From the NCBI GenBank assembly GCA_013239625.1, contig MU053561.1, positions 4,341,992-4,405,991 of the forward strand: a stretch of 64,000 nucleotides of DNA. The letters are read 5' to 3'. Below, piece after piece: positions 1 through 13,400 of this stretch. The position numbers and the translations under genes are program-made. This DNA is from Lama guanicoe (taxonomy: Eukaryota). Each line of letters begins with the position of its first letter. Position 1 is the first letter of the stretch. The notes beneath the pieces were generated by a model. It was not told where the DNA came from. It saw only the letters and a list, made by a program, of their open reading frames with translations, and did no database searches.

Positions 1-1426
1 ACACAAATACATATTTATGTTTTGTAAATTTATATAAAACATAAATATGTGTATTATGGTATTATTTGTTATAAAACATGTATAAAGCATAAAAATAAAT
101 AGAAATAAAAGTTCTAATATTTCTTTCTCTTATCCTAAACAAAATTCTTGCTCACTCCCTAAATTTTGGAAATACTGCTCTAATGATTTTGTGTCCAAAC
201 TTTGTCCTACAATAGAGATTTCTCAAGGACATGATATTTCACTTCTTGTATGTTTTCACAGCACCTAAGATAATGCTAAGAAACACACACAGAACTATTC
301 CACAATTCTAGAATTCCTTATCCAAACTTCTCATTATATATTGCTCTACTAAGAGAAATATCACATTATGCATTTTATTTTTTTAATATGACAATAACAG
401 CTATTAATATTCAATGTCAGATTTATTGTTACAAATAAATATCCATTAAAGATATTTTAAGGACTGAAATTATTATTTAGTCTACAACATTCAATTGACC
501 AATTCTAAAGAACATAGATACATGCAGTGATTTAAAATAGTATGTTTTGCTCTAAAAGAAGACTTAAAAATTGGATGAAAAGTCCATTTACCATCACTCT
601 AATATAAAATAATACTAAAAAATTATTTACAATTGGTTAAAACAGTTTTGGGTGTTCAAAAGTTAGTCTAGTCTATAGTGGAAAATTAAGCATTGCAAAA
701 GGAAAACAGTGTTTCAAAGTTCAACCAATTATCCAAATAAAGCACTATTACTGATAATTATTTTAATCAGATAAGTATTCAAAGCTAATAATAAAGATTA
801 CAGAAAATTATAGAGATTTTTAGAAAAACACCTACCTATCTATGAATTATTTTAATTGATACAAATAATTATTTTCACCAAAATTGGAAAAAATGTTTTT
901 ATAGCTTTATAAATCTCCACATTTGTTGATATGAAGCTTTGTAAATATGAAGCATAGAATTATTAGAATTAGCTAACTAAATGGTCATAAACTCATAAGT
1001 CAATTGAACTTCTCTATTAGCCATGAAAGTTGAATATTAACAACACCATATGATAAAATAGGATCACATTTTCTTATAATAATTCATAGTCCAACATGAC
1101 TAATCAATGAAATTTCAAAATTCAATTAAAATATAGCAGACCTTTCCCACTAAGAATTATTAAGGCCTCTAAATTCTAAAATAAGAAAAAAAGGCTACAA
1201 AAACATCTCTTGGCTCCTTATACTTCTGGACACCTATGAACTGCGTTATGAAACTGGACAGTGTTTCTTAAGATTTAAATTTTCTATCTTCAAAAAATCA
1301 AATAAAAAGTTATCAAATAATCACTATTGGTAAACAACAGAGGAGAAAATATATTTTGTTCTGAAATAATGTTTATGGTTATATAATCAATATTGTCATA
1401 TATACATGTTATTCTCTAAATCTTAC

Positions 1427-1494
1427 CCAGTTCACTTGACTTCTTCTGAAGTTCCATGGTAAGTACTTTCAACTGATCTTCACTTTTTCCCAAT
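1427..1494 (-). CDS. SYCP1: SYCP1 exon 15
   Basis: aag|A TTG GGA AAA AGT GAA GAT CAG...GAA CTG G|gtaaga; [22 protein letters not shown]; 68 nt. Confidence 0.93.
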
Positions 1495-4400
1495 CTTGCA
1501 AAATAATTATATTAGTTCACAATGTAAAATATTCTTTTACTGAGAATTTAATCTAGTAACTAAAACTGATGCAATTTAGCAACAATATATCTTAGCACAG
1601 ACTCACTCATTCAATTATTACACATTTTTTACTACCTACTTTGTGCCAGATAGTGTAACATTTGAAAACAAGATATTACTATTATACATACATAGTTGTG
1701 TATCAATTGCATCTACATAAAACTTTAAAGCTTATTGTCATGATTTATCTCTTAGCTATTGATGATAATCAAATTAATGTTTCCTACAACTTTGAAAGAG
1801 ACTGAGTATATAACTACTATTATACTGAATTCTGCCTTAGGAATAATCTAAATATGAGAACTGTGCAATTCTCTTAACTACGCTGGCTTTCCATTTCCTC
1901 ACCTATAAAACTGAGATAATTGGAATAGATGACATTTAAGGTCACTTAGAAATTTTAAATTTGAAAATCACCTGGAAAGTCTAATCAAAAATATATAAGA
2001 TTAGCTAGCAAGAAAATCTAGCCTTTCTTCCTTCACCATACACAAGCAGTAAAGAAGAAATTCTGCTAGGCTCAGGTCATGACTTCACAGAGAAGTTTTT
2101 TCCTCTCTTTCACCCTCTAGACTTAATTAACCCTTATACTAATGGGACAAAAATAATTACCTAGGCCTCATAACACAGCTTTATAAAAATAGTCCCTTAA
2201 TACAAAGTAGTGAAAAACAGAGTAAGTTTTTAACTCAAGTTTTAGAGAAACTATTCAGATGAAATGCAAATGAATACTTTATTTTATATATAGTTAAGCA
2301 TATTCATTAATCCATTGATTTAATAAAAATTTTTGAGTACCTACTCTGTACAAGGCTAGTTGCTAAATTTATAAGTCAGAAAGAAGGTTACAGACCTCAA
2401 TAAAATAAACCCACAGCCTAGGAAGTTATTTCTATTTAATAATCCACAGTTTAATTAAATACATCATATCACTGCATCAGCACTTATGAGCTTGTCTATA
2501 TTGCTGAACGCTATGAAAAGCATGCATGGGAATACCTGCTCTTTCCCTGGGATATCTACTTACCCAATACAAATTCTTAAAATGTGTTCCCAATTGATAC
2601 AATATAAAAAGAGACTTGGTTACAGTTATTATAGGAATTACAAGTCAGTTGACAATGAACAGAAAATGGCATTGAATATTAGAAGTAAATTGTTTTTATT
2701 CAGCTAAATAAGTATATTTACCTTTGCTGTTCTGTTGTTAATAATTCTTTCAAGTTGCAGATAGTAGTTTTAAGTTCAGTAACCACCAATGAATGGGCAG
2801 CTTTAGCATTATTAAATTCTTCCATTTGAGTTTCTTTTTCTCCAGTGAGCTGATATATTTTTTTTGTTGCTATTTGTAAATCCTCCTCTAAAGCCTTTTG
2901 AGTACTCTAAATGAAATACAGTACAAACAAAAGCTATGAAGTAAGGGCCTCAAGAAAAAGCTGAATTCATCTGCTTTCTGTAATTGACTGCCTTTCCCTC
3001 CCACTCTCCTTATCCTCTCACCCCCTCCTTTACCCTATCCTGGCTAATCTGGAATGTCCCATCCACTACTCTTACTTCAATTCACCATTCCTCCAAAGCA
3101 CACCTCCAAAGACTCCATGGAGTCTTCCTAACCAATCCATCCCATAGTGTTATTTCCATTTTTAAAACTATTGTAGAATTTTTGCCTGAATCACGTTGGT
3201 TCCCAGTATAGTTTTGTATTTTAATCATACTTTTGATATGTTTTTATCAAATGTCTCCAGTTAAACTCTAAGCATTTTGTAGACTGGAATTGTATCTTCT
3301 CTATTTGAAGCTTCACGTCCTTGTGCATAGTATTAGCATTCAATAAACATTTGTAGACTGATTGATGGGGTGAGAATTAGCACACACTAATCAGTTTTTA
3401 TATCATACCACACTTCTTTGCAAAGACATTTTAGTATCTTCTAGTACTGATGTCAAATGATCTTGCTTCTCATTTGATTCTTTTAAATTTTCATTCTGTA
3501 ATTCTAAAAGAGAAAGTTGTAGATAGGTAGTACTCAATAGAAAATACATACCAAGAAAACAAATTATTTGTAACAATTACTTTTTTCCTCTATTTAATAC
3601 TCCAAAATGAGGAAGAATTATGCAAATATAGATGCACTGTATTGGTCATCATCAACTTTTACTTTTTCAAGATTGCTATCATCCAAGCACTCAAAGATGA
3701 ATAGATAAGGACTTTCAGTGCTACATTTTTAGTAACAACTAAACAATGGAAACAACCTAAATATCCAACAGGAGATAAATTAAATTATGGTGATATATAC
3801 ATACAATGGTATGCCATATAGCCACTGTAAATGATGATATAGATATTTATTTATTTATTTATTTATTACTAATTTGGATATCATAAAATATCATAGAATA
3901 AAAAGGGCAAGTTAAAAACAATATTTATGTAAATAGTGCACATGAAAGGAAAGAACACACAAAAATTTCAAGAGTTATTCATCTCCTACTGGTGAAATTA
4001 TTCATGATTTATTTTCATTATTTCCTATCTTGATTTTTATATTTTTCTGAATTATTATATTACTTATTTAAATATTACCCAAAAAGCTACTGACTTCACT
4101 TGATAGCTAATATTTACTAAATTCTAAGTGCCAGATACTCGTCTATATGCTTTATATGTGTGCATTCACTTTTAAACCTCATAAAAACACTAAGGGAAAA
4201 AAGTTCATGCTCTTCGTTGGTTTAAATTATTCTATTTCCTTTTACTAGTTACCTAGACTCGGGTATGATACTTAACCAGTCTGTCTCTACTTTTCCCTCA
4301 TGGAAAATTATAGTTACTCATATCTTGAAGGGTTGCTGTTAGGATTAAACAAGATGATGCAATTTAAAATGTTTAACCACAGTGTCTAGCGTATAGTCAA

Positions 4401-7400
4401 CAAATGTTAAAGACTGTTTAAAATTCAAGGTATTTACAATACAATTGGGCAGGCAGAAAATTATCAAAGATAAGTACTGATGGGTACTCACTAGAAGTTC
4501 TAGGAATATACATAGAGGGAACACCTAAGCCAAACAGAAATGGTAAGGGTTAGAGGTAAGGGAAGATAGACATAGAGAGGGAGAGTTCAAAGTAGGCTTC
4601 CAGAAAGTAATAGCTGAGTTGAAACATTTGAAAGCCAGTAACAATTAACAAGAGTAACAGGAATCAGGGAAGAAAGATATCACAAGACAGGTGAAAGAGC
4701 ATATACAAAGGCAAAAATGAAAGAGACAAGATGACACATTCTGGAGTCTAAAGAAAATGTACTTTTTAATACATTTGAAATTTAAATTATAAGGGAAAAA
4801 TCAAATCAGATATGATTGGAAAAATAAGGACAAAAATCGTAATAGGATTTATATACAACTTGTTCAGGATTTATACACAACTTGTTCAGGATTTATACAA
4901 CATCATAACCAATGAAAAATAATGAAGGATGTTAAGCAACAGAATAATGTTTCCAGTTTGTATTTTTGTAAAAATTCCATTCTCAAAATCTGTGTAGAAA
5001 TGAAGAGATCAGTGGTCCATCTCCGGAAAAAAAATAGGAAAAGCAGATCTGGAGAGAAGGAAATGATAATTAAAGACTATCAATTATGATACTATTATGG
5101 TCTGTTATTAATAAGTGTCTCATCTGAGAAATCATGATCACAAACTAGTACTTAGGCATGTGTAGGAACTGAATATATGCTTCTTGAATATCCTAAAAAG
5201 CTCCAAGCCAAAACTTAATTTGAAGTTCCCCTAAGTTCCTCCAGGATTCCAGAAGCTACAAAAGTAAATTTTCTCTGTAAAAACATACATCCAACTCAGG
5301 CCTTAAAGAATATCCACAGATGAAATTACATGACCTCACAATCAAAAATCACAAGACTAACACACAGAGTAATCACAAAGCACAATGAGTAAAGTCAGCA
5401 AAATGAACAAAAGGCAGACTTGGACCTGACTGCAAGATTTCACATGTTAGAATTACTGGCTGTGGATTAAAACAAAAGGTATTATATCATTCTTCAAAAC
5501 TAAAAGAAGTAAGGAAGATGTCCACAAACTAAAACTTATCTAGAAATGACACATAAAATTGAAACTGGAAACTCCATTGGGGTAATGATAAGGTATGCCA
5601 TTCAAACAAACATTCCTCTAAAAAGGAATGAAAGTTCAGGATAATATATCAAGAATATTAAAATAATTAAATTCCCAACAAAATAATAAGAAATTACCAG
5701 GCACAAAATGAAGAGAAAATAGAAACTTGGAGAAGTAATATATGCAAAAACCTGCTTTTGTCCCAAGGTCATTTGCAGGTCCTGGAAAAACTAGAATTTT
5801 GATTTGAAACTATGATGAAGTGAGGAAAAGAAATATGAAAATCCAAGGACTGAATAAGGTAGAAAGCCCAAGAATTAAATCTTTGTACAATAAGCTAGGA
5901 CAAACAACATATACAAAGGAAGCAAAAGTAAACTAAACCCTCAAGCAAATTTGCAGCACAGGTTCAATCACTAGAATGGTCCAGTTAATCCAAAGCCATG
6001 AAACTGACTTAAGATTGCAGAGCCACCATGCACATGGTAAAAGTAAATACAAATCCTCTAAGGAGGAAGTTAAGTTACCTATATAACAGGCAGGCCTTAT
6101 TATACCTACAAATAATTTTTTCAAGAGAAATAATGAAATGGAATCAAAGACAACAAGGCACCCAATAAAACAAGGCACTTGGACTAAAAACTACCAGAAA
6201 CAAAAAGACAGTATAAGGCTCACAAACCTTTAAGATAAAGAATTATCAGAAAAAAACCATAAAACAGCTATTCTTAGTATATTTAAACAAGAAAACTCCT
6301 GTAAATAACAAGAAACAGAAAACTACATAAAGCAGAATAGCAGATTTGAAAAATAATAACATTTTAAAATAAACACCTTAATAATTGAAAATAAAATTGG
6401 AAGAGTTCATAATGAATGAGAAACAAATGAAGAGAGAATTAGTAAATGACAAGAATAGTCAAAATAAATCAGAATAAGGCACAGAAAAGCAAAACTGTGA
6501 AAATATAGAAAAGAAACTGAGTCGCAGAAGATAGAATTAGAAAATTAACATAATTTTTATTCAGATTTCCAAAAAGGGAGGAAATAGAATAAAACAATTA
6601 AAATGTTTGAAGAAGCAATAATAAAGGACATTAATTTACAGATTCAAGAAGCTATAAAATAAAGTGTGTATCTTAACATACTATATGAAACTGCTAAAAC
6701 ATCAAAGGCAAAAAAAAAAAAATTTGAAAAGCTACAAGAGAGGAAAAAGATACCTTATCTTCAAAGTTCAACAGTTAAATTGACAAATAACACACACAAA
6801 AAGCCAAAAGCAGGATGGTACCTTCAGTGTGCTAAGAGAAATTTCTAGGAAAACATACAGGGTGCCAACCAGAAATACGTATCATACAAAAATATCCTTT
6901 CCAGATGAGAATGGATAAACAAATGTTCAAATAAAAGAGAAATCATCATAAACACATCCTCACTAAAGAATATTCTAAGCATTATTCTTGAAGGCAGAAA
7001 AAATATGATCTAAATAAAAGCTCTGAGCAATAAGAGGAGGGATCAAGATCAAGATGGCAGAGTAGGATGCAAAAATCACCTTTCCCCAGGAACACCTCAA
7101 AAATACATCTACAGGTGGAGCAATTCTCACTGAAAACTAACTGGAAACTAGCAGAAAAACCCTTATACAACCAGGGCTGTAAGAAAGATCCACTTCGAAT
7201 TCAGTGGGAAGAGAAAAGAAAGAATCACATTGGGACCTGTGCCCTTATGAGGTGACACAGAGGAAGGGAATCCTCCTTGGGGAGTGAGCAGTTCAAACCA
7301 CATACTGGGCACTCAGACTTGTCTAACAGCAGGAAAACAAGTCTCCTTAGCTAGTTAGAAAACCAGTGACACTAACAAGGGGACTTGTAAGAAATCTAGA

Positions 7401-10400
7401 CTCAACTCATGAAGAGAAACGCAACACTTGCTTACTCCTGAAACAAGACAGAGAAAGCAAATTGAAACTGCACTGGACTCTGGTTCATTTCCTGTGACTT
7501 CCACAGTGTGTCACCCAGCCTGAGTCAAGTGCCTGCTCGGGCCTCCCTTGCTTCACAATGCAGCTCCACATTAGGGCAGGGGCTGCTGCAGCTGAGGGAA
7601 GTGCTCAGTTGTGAAGGACTATGCCAGCTGGGATGCAAAATGGCGTCTAAGCAGGGAAGGGGCAGCCATTACCAGCACTTTCAGAGACAGTGCAACCGAA
7701 GTGGTTCCAGGTTCTAACTGCAGCTGAGACCACCATAGCCTGGCCCAGACCCACACCAAGCACCCACACCAGCTCTGCCTGCTCTGTAGCCCAGCTCTAC
7801 ACTAGGGTGAGGGTTTTAAGTGGCCAAGGGGAGTGCACAGTTGTGAAGAACAAAGGCAGCTCAAATCTAGAACAGCATCTGAATAGTGCAGGGGCAGCCA
7901 TTAATGGTTCTTACAAAACCAGTGCATCAAAAGCAGTTCAGACTCTGACTGTGGCTGGGGATGTCACAGCCTGTACCCAGACCCACACCAAGCACCTGCA
8001 CCAGCCCCTCTGACTCCAGCCCCCCGGGTTGAAGGTACCCGTGCTGGGAGGGAAGAGAGCACATACTTAGAAGGAATGAAGCCAGCTCAGACCTAAACCT
8101 TAGAGTTTCTCCTTGAGCAACTTGGGACTTGACACTGCCACCAATACAGTTATGTTGGCCACTGAGCAGAGAACAAATCCTGGCTCACACCTGGCTCTGG
8201 CTCTAGTCCCTCCATCTTTAGCCCTGTCTCCTATCAAGCTGAGAGCTGCCAGCACATGCTGGGAAAAGACAGAACTCATGCTCATATCATATCCAGCTCT
8301 CCCATCACAGCCACTGGGCACACATACTCTCCTAGACAAGGATCTCCCTTCAGGACCTCAGTAGGTAGTTTTTCCACCTAGTTTCATCAAGACAGAGACA
8401 ATTAAGCAAAATGAGAAGACAGATGAATTTGTTTCAGTCAACAGAACAAGAGAAAATTCCTAAAAAACAACTAAAGAAACTAACAGTTTACCAGGTAGAA
8501 TTTGAAGCTTTAGTAATAAGAATGCCAACAGAATTAGGGGAAAGAATAAATGAACATAGTGAGAATTTTAACAAATAATTAGAAAATATAAAAAAGAATC
8601 AGTCAGAACTAAAGAACCCAGTAAATGAAATGAAAAACACATGAGGGGGAATTAACAAGTGACTAAGTAATACAGAAGAAAGCATAAGTGATCTGGAAAA
8701 TAGAAATATGTAAATCACCCAATAAGAACAGCAAAAAGAAAAAAGAAATTTAAATGAGAACACTTTAAGGGACCTCTGAGATAACATCAAGCATACCAAC
8801 ATTCGCCTTATAAGAGTCCCAGAAGGAGGAAACAGGGAAAAAGGTCAAAAATGTATTGATGAAATTATGGCTGAAAACTTTTCAAACTTAAAGAAGGAAA
8901 CAAATATCCAGGTATGGAAATACAGAGGATCTCAAACAAGATGAACCCAAATAGACACAAACCAAGACATACCAAAATTAAAATGGCAAAAGTTAAAAAT
9001 AAGAGAGAATTCTAAAGGCAGCAAAAGAAAGAGTCATAAACAAGGGAACCCCCATAAGGCTACCAGCTTAGTTTTCTGCAGAAACTTTGCAGGACAGAAG
9101 AAAGCAGCATGATATATTTAAAGGGCTGAAAGGGATAAAAGTGCAACCTAAGATACTCTACCCAGCAAGATTATCATTTAGAATTGAAGGAGAGATAAAA
9201 ACTGCTCAGACAAGCAAAAACTAAAATAATTCATCAATACTAAACATGCCCTAAAAGAAATGTTAAAGAAAGAGTTTTCTGCAAGTGGAAAAGAAAACGC
9301 TATAACAAGAACTGATAGGAAAGGAAAAATTCCACTAGTAAAGGCAAATATATAATAAAGGCTAAGCAACAACCACTTAAATACTCCAGGATGAAGATTA
9401 AAAAACAAGAAATTGTAAAACCAATAAAGATCAAAGGGATAAAAGTGAAGATGCAAAATAAGACATCAAAAACACAAAATGTTGGGGAGGGAATTATTAA
9501 AAGGTAGATATTTTAAAGTATGTTTGGACTTCAATGACTACCAGTTTATAAGAAGAAGCTATAGTTATAGGTCACCATATATGAATCCCATAGTAACCAC
9601 AAATCAAAACCTACAATAGATACACAAAAGCTAAAAAGAAAGGAACACAAGCATATCATTAAGAAAATCATCAAATCACAAAAGAGAAACTAAAAGAAGA
9701 CAGAACAACTATAAAACGACCAGAAAACAAATAACAAAATGGCAAAAAGTATATACCTATCAACAATGACTTTAAATACCAATGGACTAAATGCTCCAAT
9801 CAAAAGACATAGGGTGCACAGAAAACAAACTTATGGTTACCAGTGGGGGAAGGGGGTAGGAAGGGATAAACTGGGAGTTCAAGATTTACAGATACTAACT
9901 ACTATATATAAAATAGATAAACAAGTTTATACTGTATAGCACAGGGAACTATATTCACTAATTCAACAACTTGTAGTAACCTATAATGAAAAGAATATGA
10001 AATGGAACATACGTATGTACATTTATGACTGAAACATTATGATGTACACTAGAAATTGACACAACATTGGAAACTAACTATATACTTAATTAGAAAAAAA
10101 AGACATAGGGTGGCTGATTGGATAAAAAAATAAGACCCATCTACATTCTGCTTGCAAGATTCACTTCAGAGCAAAAGACACACACATACAGAAAATGAAG
10201 GGATAGAAAAAGATATTCCATGAAAATGAAAATGACAAGAAAGCGAGGGTAGTAATACTCATATCAGACAAAACAGACAATAAGACAAGTTTATGACAAA
10301 AGATAAGGGACATTATATAATGATAAAGGGATCAATACAAGAAGAGGATATAACACTAATGATCATGTCACCCAGACAGAAAATCAATAAGGAAACAGTG

Positions 10401-13400
10401 GTCTTAAATGACACATTAGATCCACTGGACTTAACAGATACCTACAGAACATTCCATCCAAAAACAGAAGAATATACATTCTTTTCTAGTGCACATGGAA
10501 TGGTCACATGCTAAGCTACAAAAAAAATCTCAACAAACCTAAGAGGACAGGAATTTTATTAAGCATTTTTCCAAACACAACAATATGAAACTAAAAATCA
10601 ATTAACAGGAAGAAAAATGGGAAAAACATAAACACATGAGACTGAACAACATGCTACTAAAACAACCCAAAGGGTCAATGAAAAAAGCAAAGAGGAAATC
10701 AGAAAATACCTCAAGACAAATGAAAATGGAAAAAAAAACTTTCCAAATCTATGGGACATGACAAAAGCAGTTTTAAGAGAGTTTACAGTAAAATTAGAAA
10801 AGACATAGTTAAACTCAACACCACCATAAATCAACTGGATATAATAGACATCTACAGACTACTTCATCCAATAACAGCAGAACAAACATTCTTCTCAAGC
10901 TCATGTGGAAAATTGACCAAGATAGACCACATTCTGGGTCATAAAACACACTATAACAGATTTAAAAGAAAATCCTACAATGCCTGCTCTCAGACCACAA
11001 TGGAATTAAACTAGACACTAATTGGCTTATTTGCTTTTTTATTGCTGAGTTTTCTTTATATATTATAGATAACAGTCCTTTGTCAGATATGTGGTGTGCT
11101 GTCTCCCAGGCTGTCTTTTCATCATCTTTTAAAAAAAAACATACTTTTAATATTTTTCCGTATGATTCAGGTCTGTATCACTTGGTAAATATTACATCTT
11201 ATGGCATAATTTCCTAGTTGACTTACACATTGCTAAGTGATGTTCCTTTATTTGTTTCCAGTCTTTTGCAAAATGACTGGAATTATCAAGATTATTAATA
11301 TATTTTCAAGTTTAGAAGCAATTAGAGTTTTGGCATAAATTCCTAGGTGTGGATTTTCCAGGTGAAAGGTTATATGTACTTCTAACAAATAATTCCAATG
11401 TTTTCAGCAAATTGTACATTAAAGTGCCTGTTTTACTGCATACTTGCTAACCCTGAACATAGTATTTAGTTTGTGTAAATATGATGGGTGAAATATATAT
11501 AATGATTTTAATTTGCAAATCTAAGATTAGTAATGAAGTTCTGCATCCTTACCTATTGTTACAGATGATTTCATTTATTTGGGGGCAATTACTTTTTTTT
11601 CTTGCTATTTATATATTGTCTTTTCATTGATTTGTAGAGGCTTCCTATATATTTCTGGTATTAATCTTCACTCTTTGCATCTATACTTCTCATCTTGAGT
11701 TCTCTGAACATCTTCGCCATCACTACTTTAAACTCTTTCTCAGACAAATTGCCTATTTCCTCATCACTTATTTCTTCTTCTGGGATTTTATCTTGTGCCT
11801 TGGCCTGGAAGATACTCCTCTGCTGCCTCATATTGTTTATCTTTCTATTTGTATTTTTAGATAGGTTAGTTACATTCCTTGACTTTGGAGAGGTGGCCCT
11901 CTGTGGGAGACATCCTATGCATCCCAGCAGTACACTCCTCTCTTGTCACCCAAAGGCTGCAGTCCAGCTGGTTCTAATGTAGAGTCTGGCCTGTGTTCAT
12001 GAATTCCTTCCACAGGCTTTAGGATTGTTGTTTTCTTATTCCTGGTATCTGCCGCTGGTGGATGAGACTGGACTAGAGGCTTATGCAGGTTTCCTGGCAG
12101 GAGGAGCTGGTGCCTGCCCACTGCTGGGTGGAGCTTGGTCCTGGACTCTGTGGGAAGGGCCTTGTCTAGAGGCCTTTGTGGCCTAGGAAGTCTGCTGATG
12201 GGTGGGGCTGTGTTCCCACCCTGTATATTGTTTGGCCTGAAGCTTCCCTAGGCTGTTGTATGAGACTAGGTCTTGGTGCTAATGATCCAATCAAGATTTC
12301 AGCCTCCAGGAAAGCTCATGTAGATTAACACTTCCGAAATGTCCACTACCAGCTTTTATGTCCCCTGCGTGAGCCGCAGCTGTCCCCTATGCCCTCAGGA
12401 GACCCTCCAAAACCAGCAGGCAGGCCTGGCCCATGTTTCTATGATCACTGCCTCTGCCTTTGGACCTGGTGCACTCAAGATTCTATGTATGCTTCCCAAG
12501 AAAATGAAATCTCTGTTTCCCCTAGTCCTTTGGGGCTCCTAAAGCTAGGCCCCTCTGTCCTTCAAATCCAGATGTCCTGGGGTCTCCTCCTCCTCCCAGT
12601 GCTAGAACTCAGGGCTGGGGAGCCTAACGTGGGGCTTAGAACTCTCATTCCTGTGGGAGGGCCTCTGTGACTTAATTATCTTCAGCTTGTGGGTCGCCCA
12701 CCTGAAGTGAATGAAGGGCTGCAAATGGCAAAATATCCTTCTTTCTTATGGGTGAGTTGTGTTCCATTGCATATAGGTGCTGCATCTTCTTTATCCATTC
12801 ATCTATTGATGTGCACTTAAAATGCTTCCATATCTTGGCAATTATGAATAATGCTGCTGTTAACAGTGGAGTGTATGCATAATTTTGAATTAATTCTTAT
12901 TTTGTGGTTGGCTTTATTCCTTTGATAACTATGTAAGTTTAAAAAGCTAAATCTCTAAATCTCTTAAAAACAATGAACAGTACATACATGTAAATTTTTA
13001 AAATATGTACAGTATATTGTGTATATGTATTTATATGCAATACATTGTATATTTGCAGTCAAATTATAACAATTCTACCTAATAAAACTGAAAAATGAAA
13101 AAAATAAATAAATGGAAAGATACCCCATGCTCTTGGATTAGAAGAATTAATATTGTTAAAATGGCCATACTACCCAAAGCAATCCAGATTTAATGCAATC
13201 TCTATCAAGTTATCCATGACATTCTTCACAGAACTAGAACAAATAATCCTAAAATTTATATAGAATCACAAAAGACCCAGAATAGCCAAAGCAATACTGA
13301 AGAAAAAGAATGACACTGGAGGAATATCTCTCCCAGACTTCAAGCAATACTACAGAGCTATTGTAATCAAAACAGCATGGTTTTGGCACCAAAACAGACA

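Noticed and set aside
4844..4900. CRISPR-like direct repeat
   Set aside because: There are no spacers and the context is eukaryotic; it is a simple tandem duplication.
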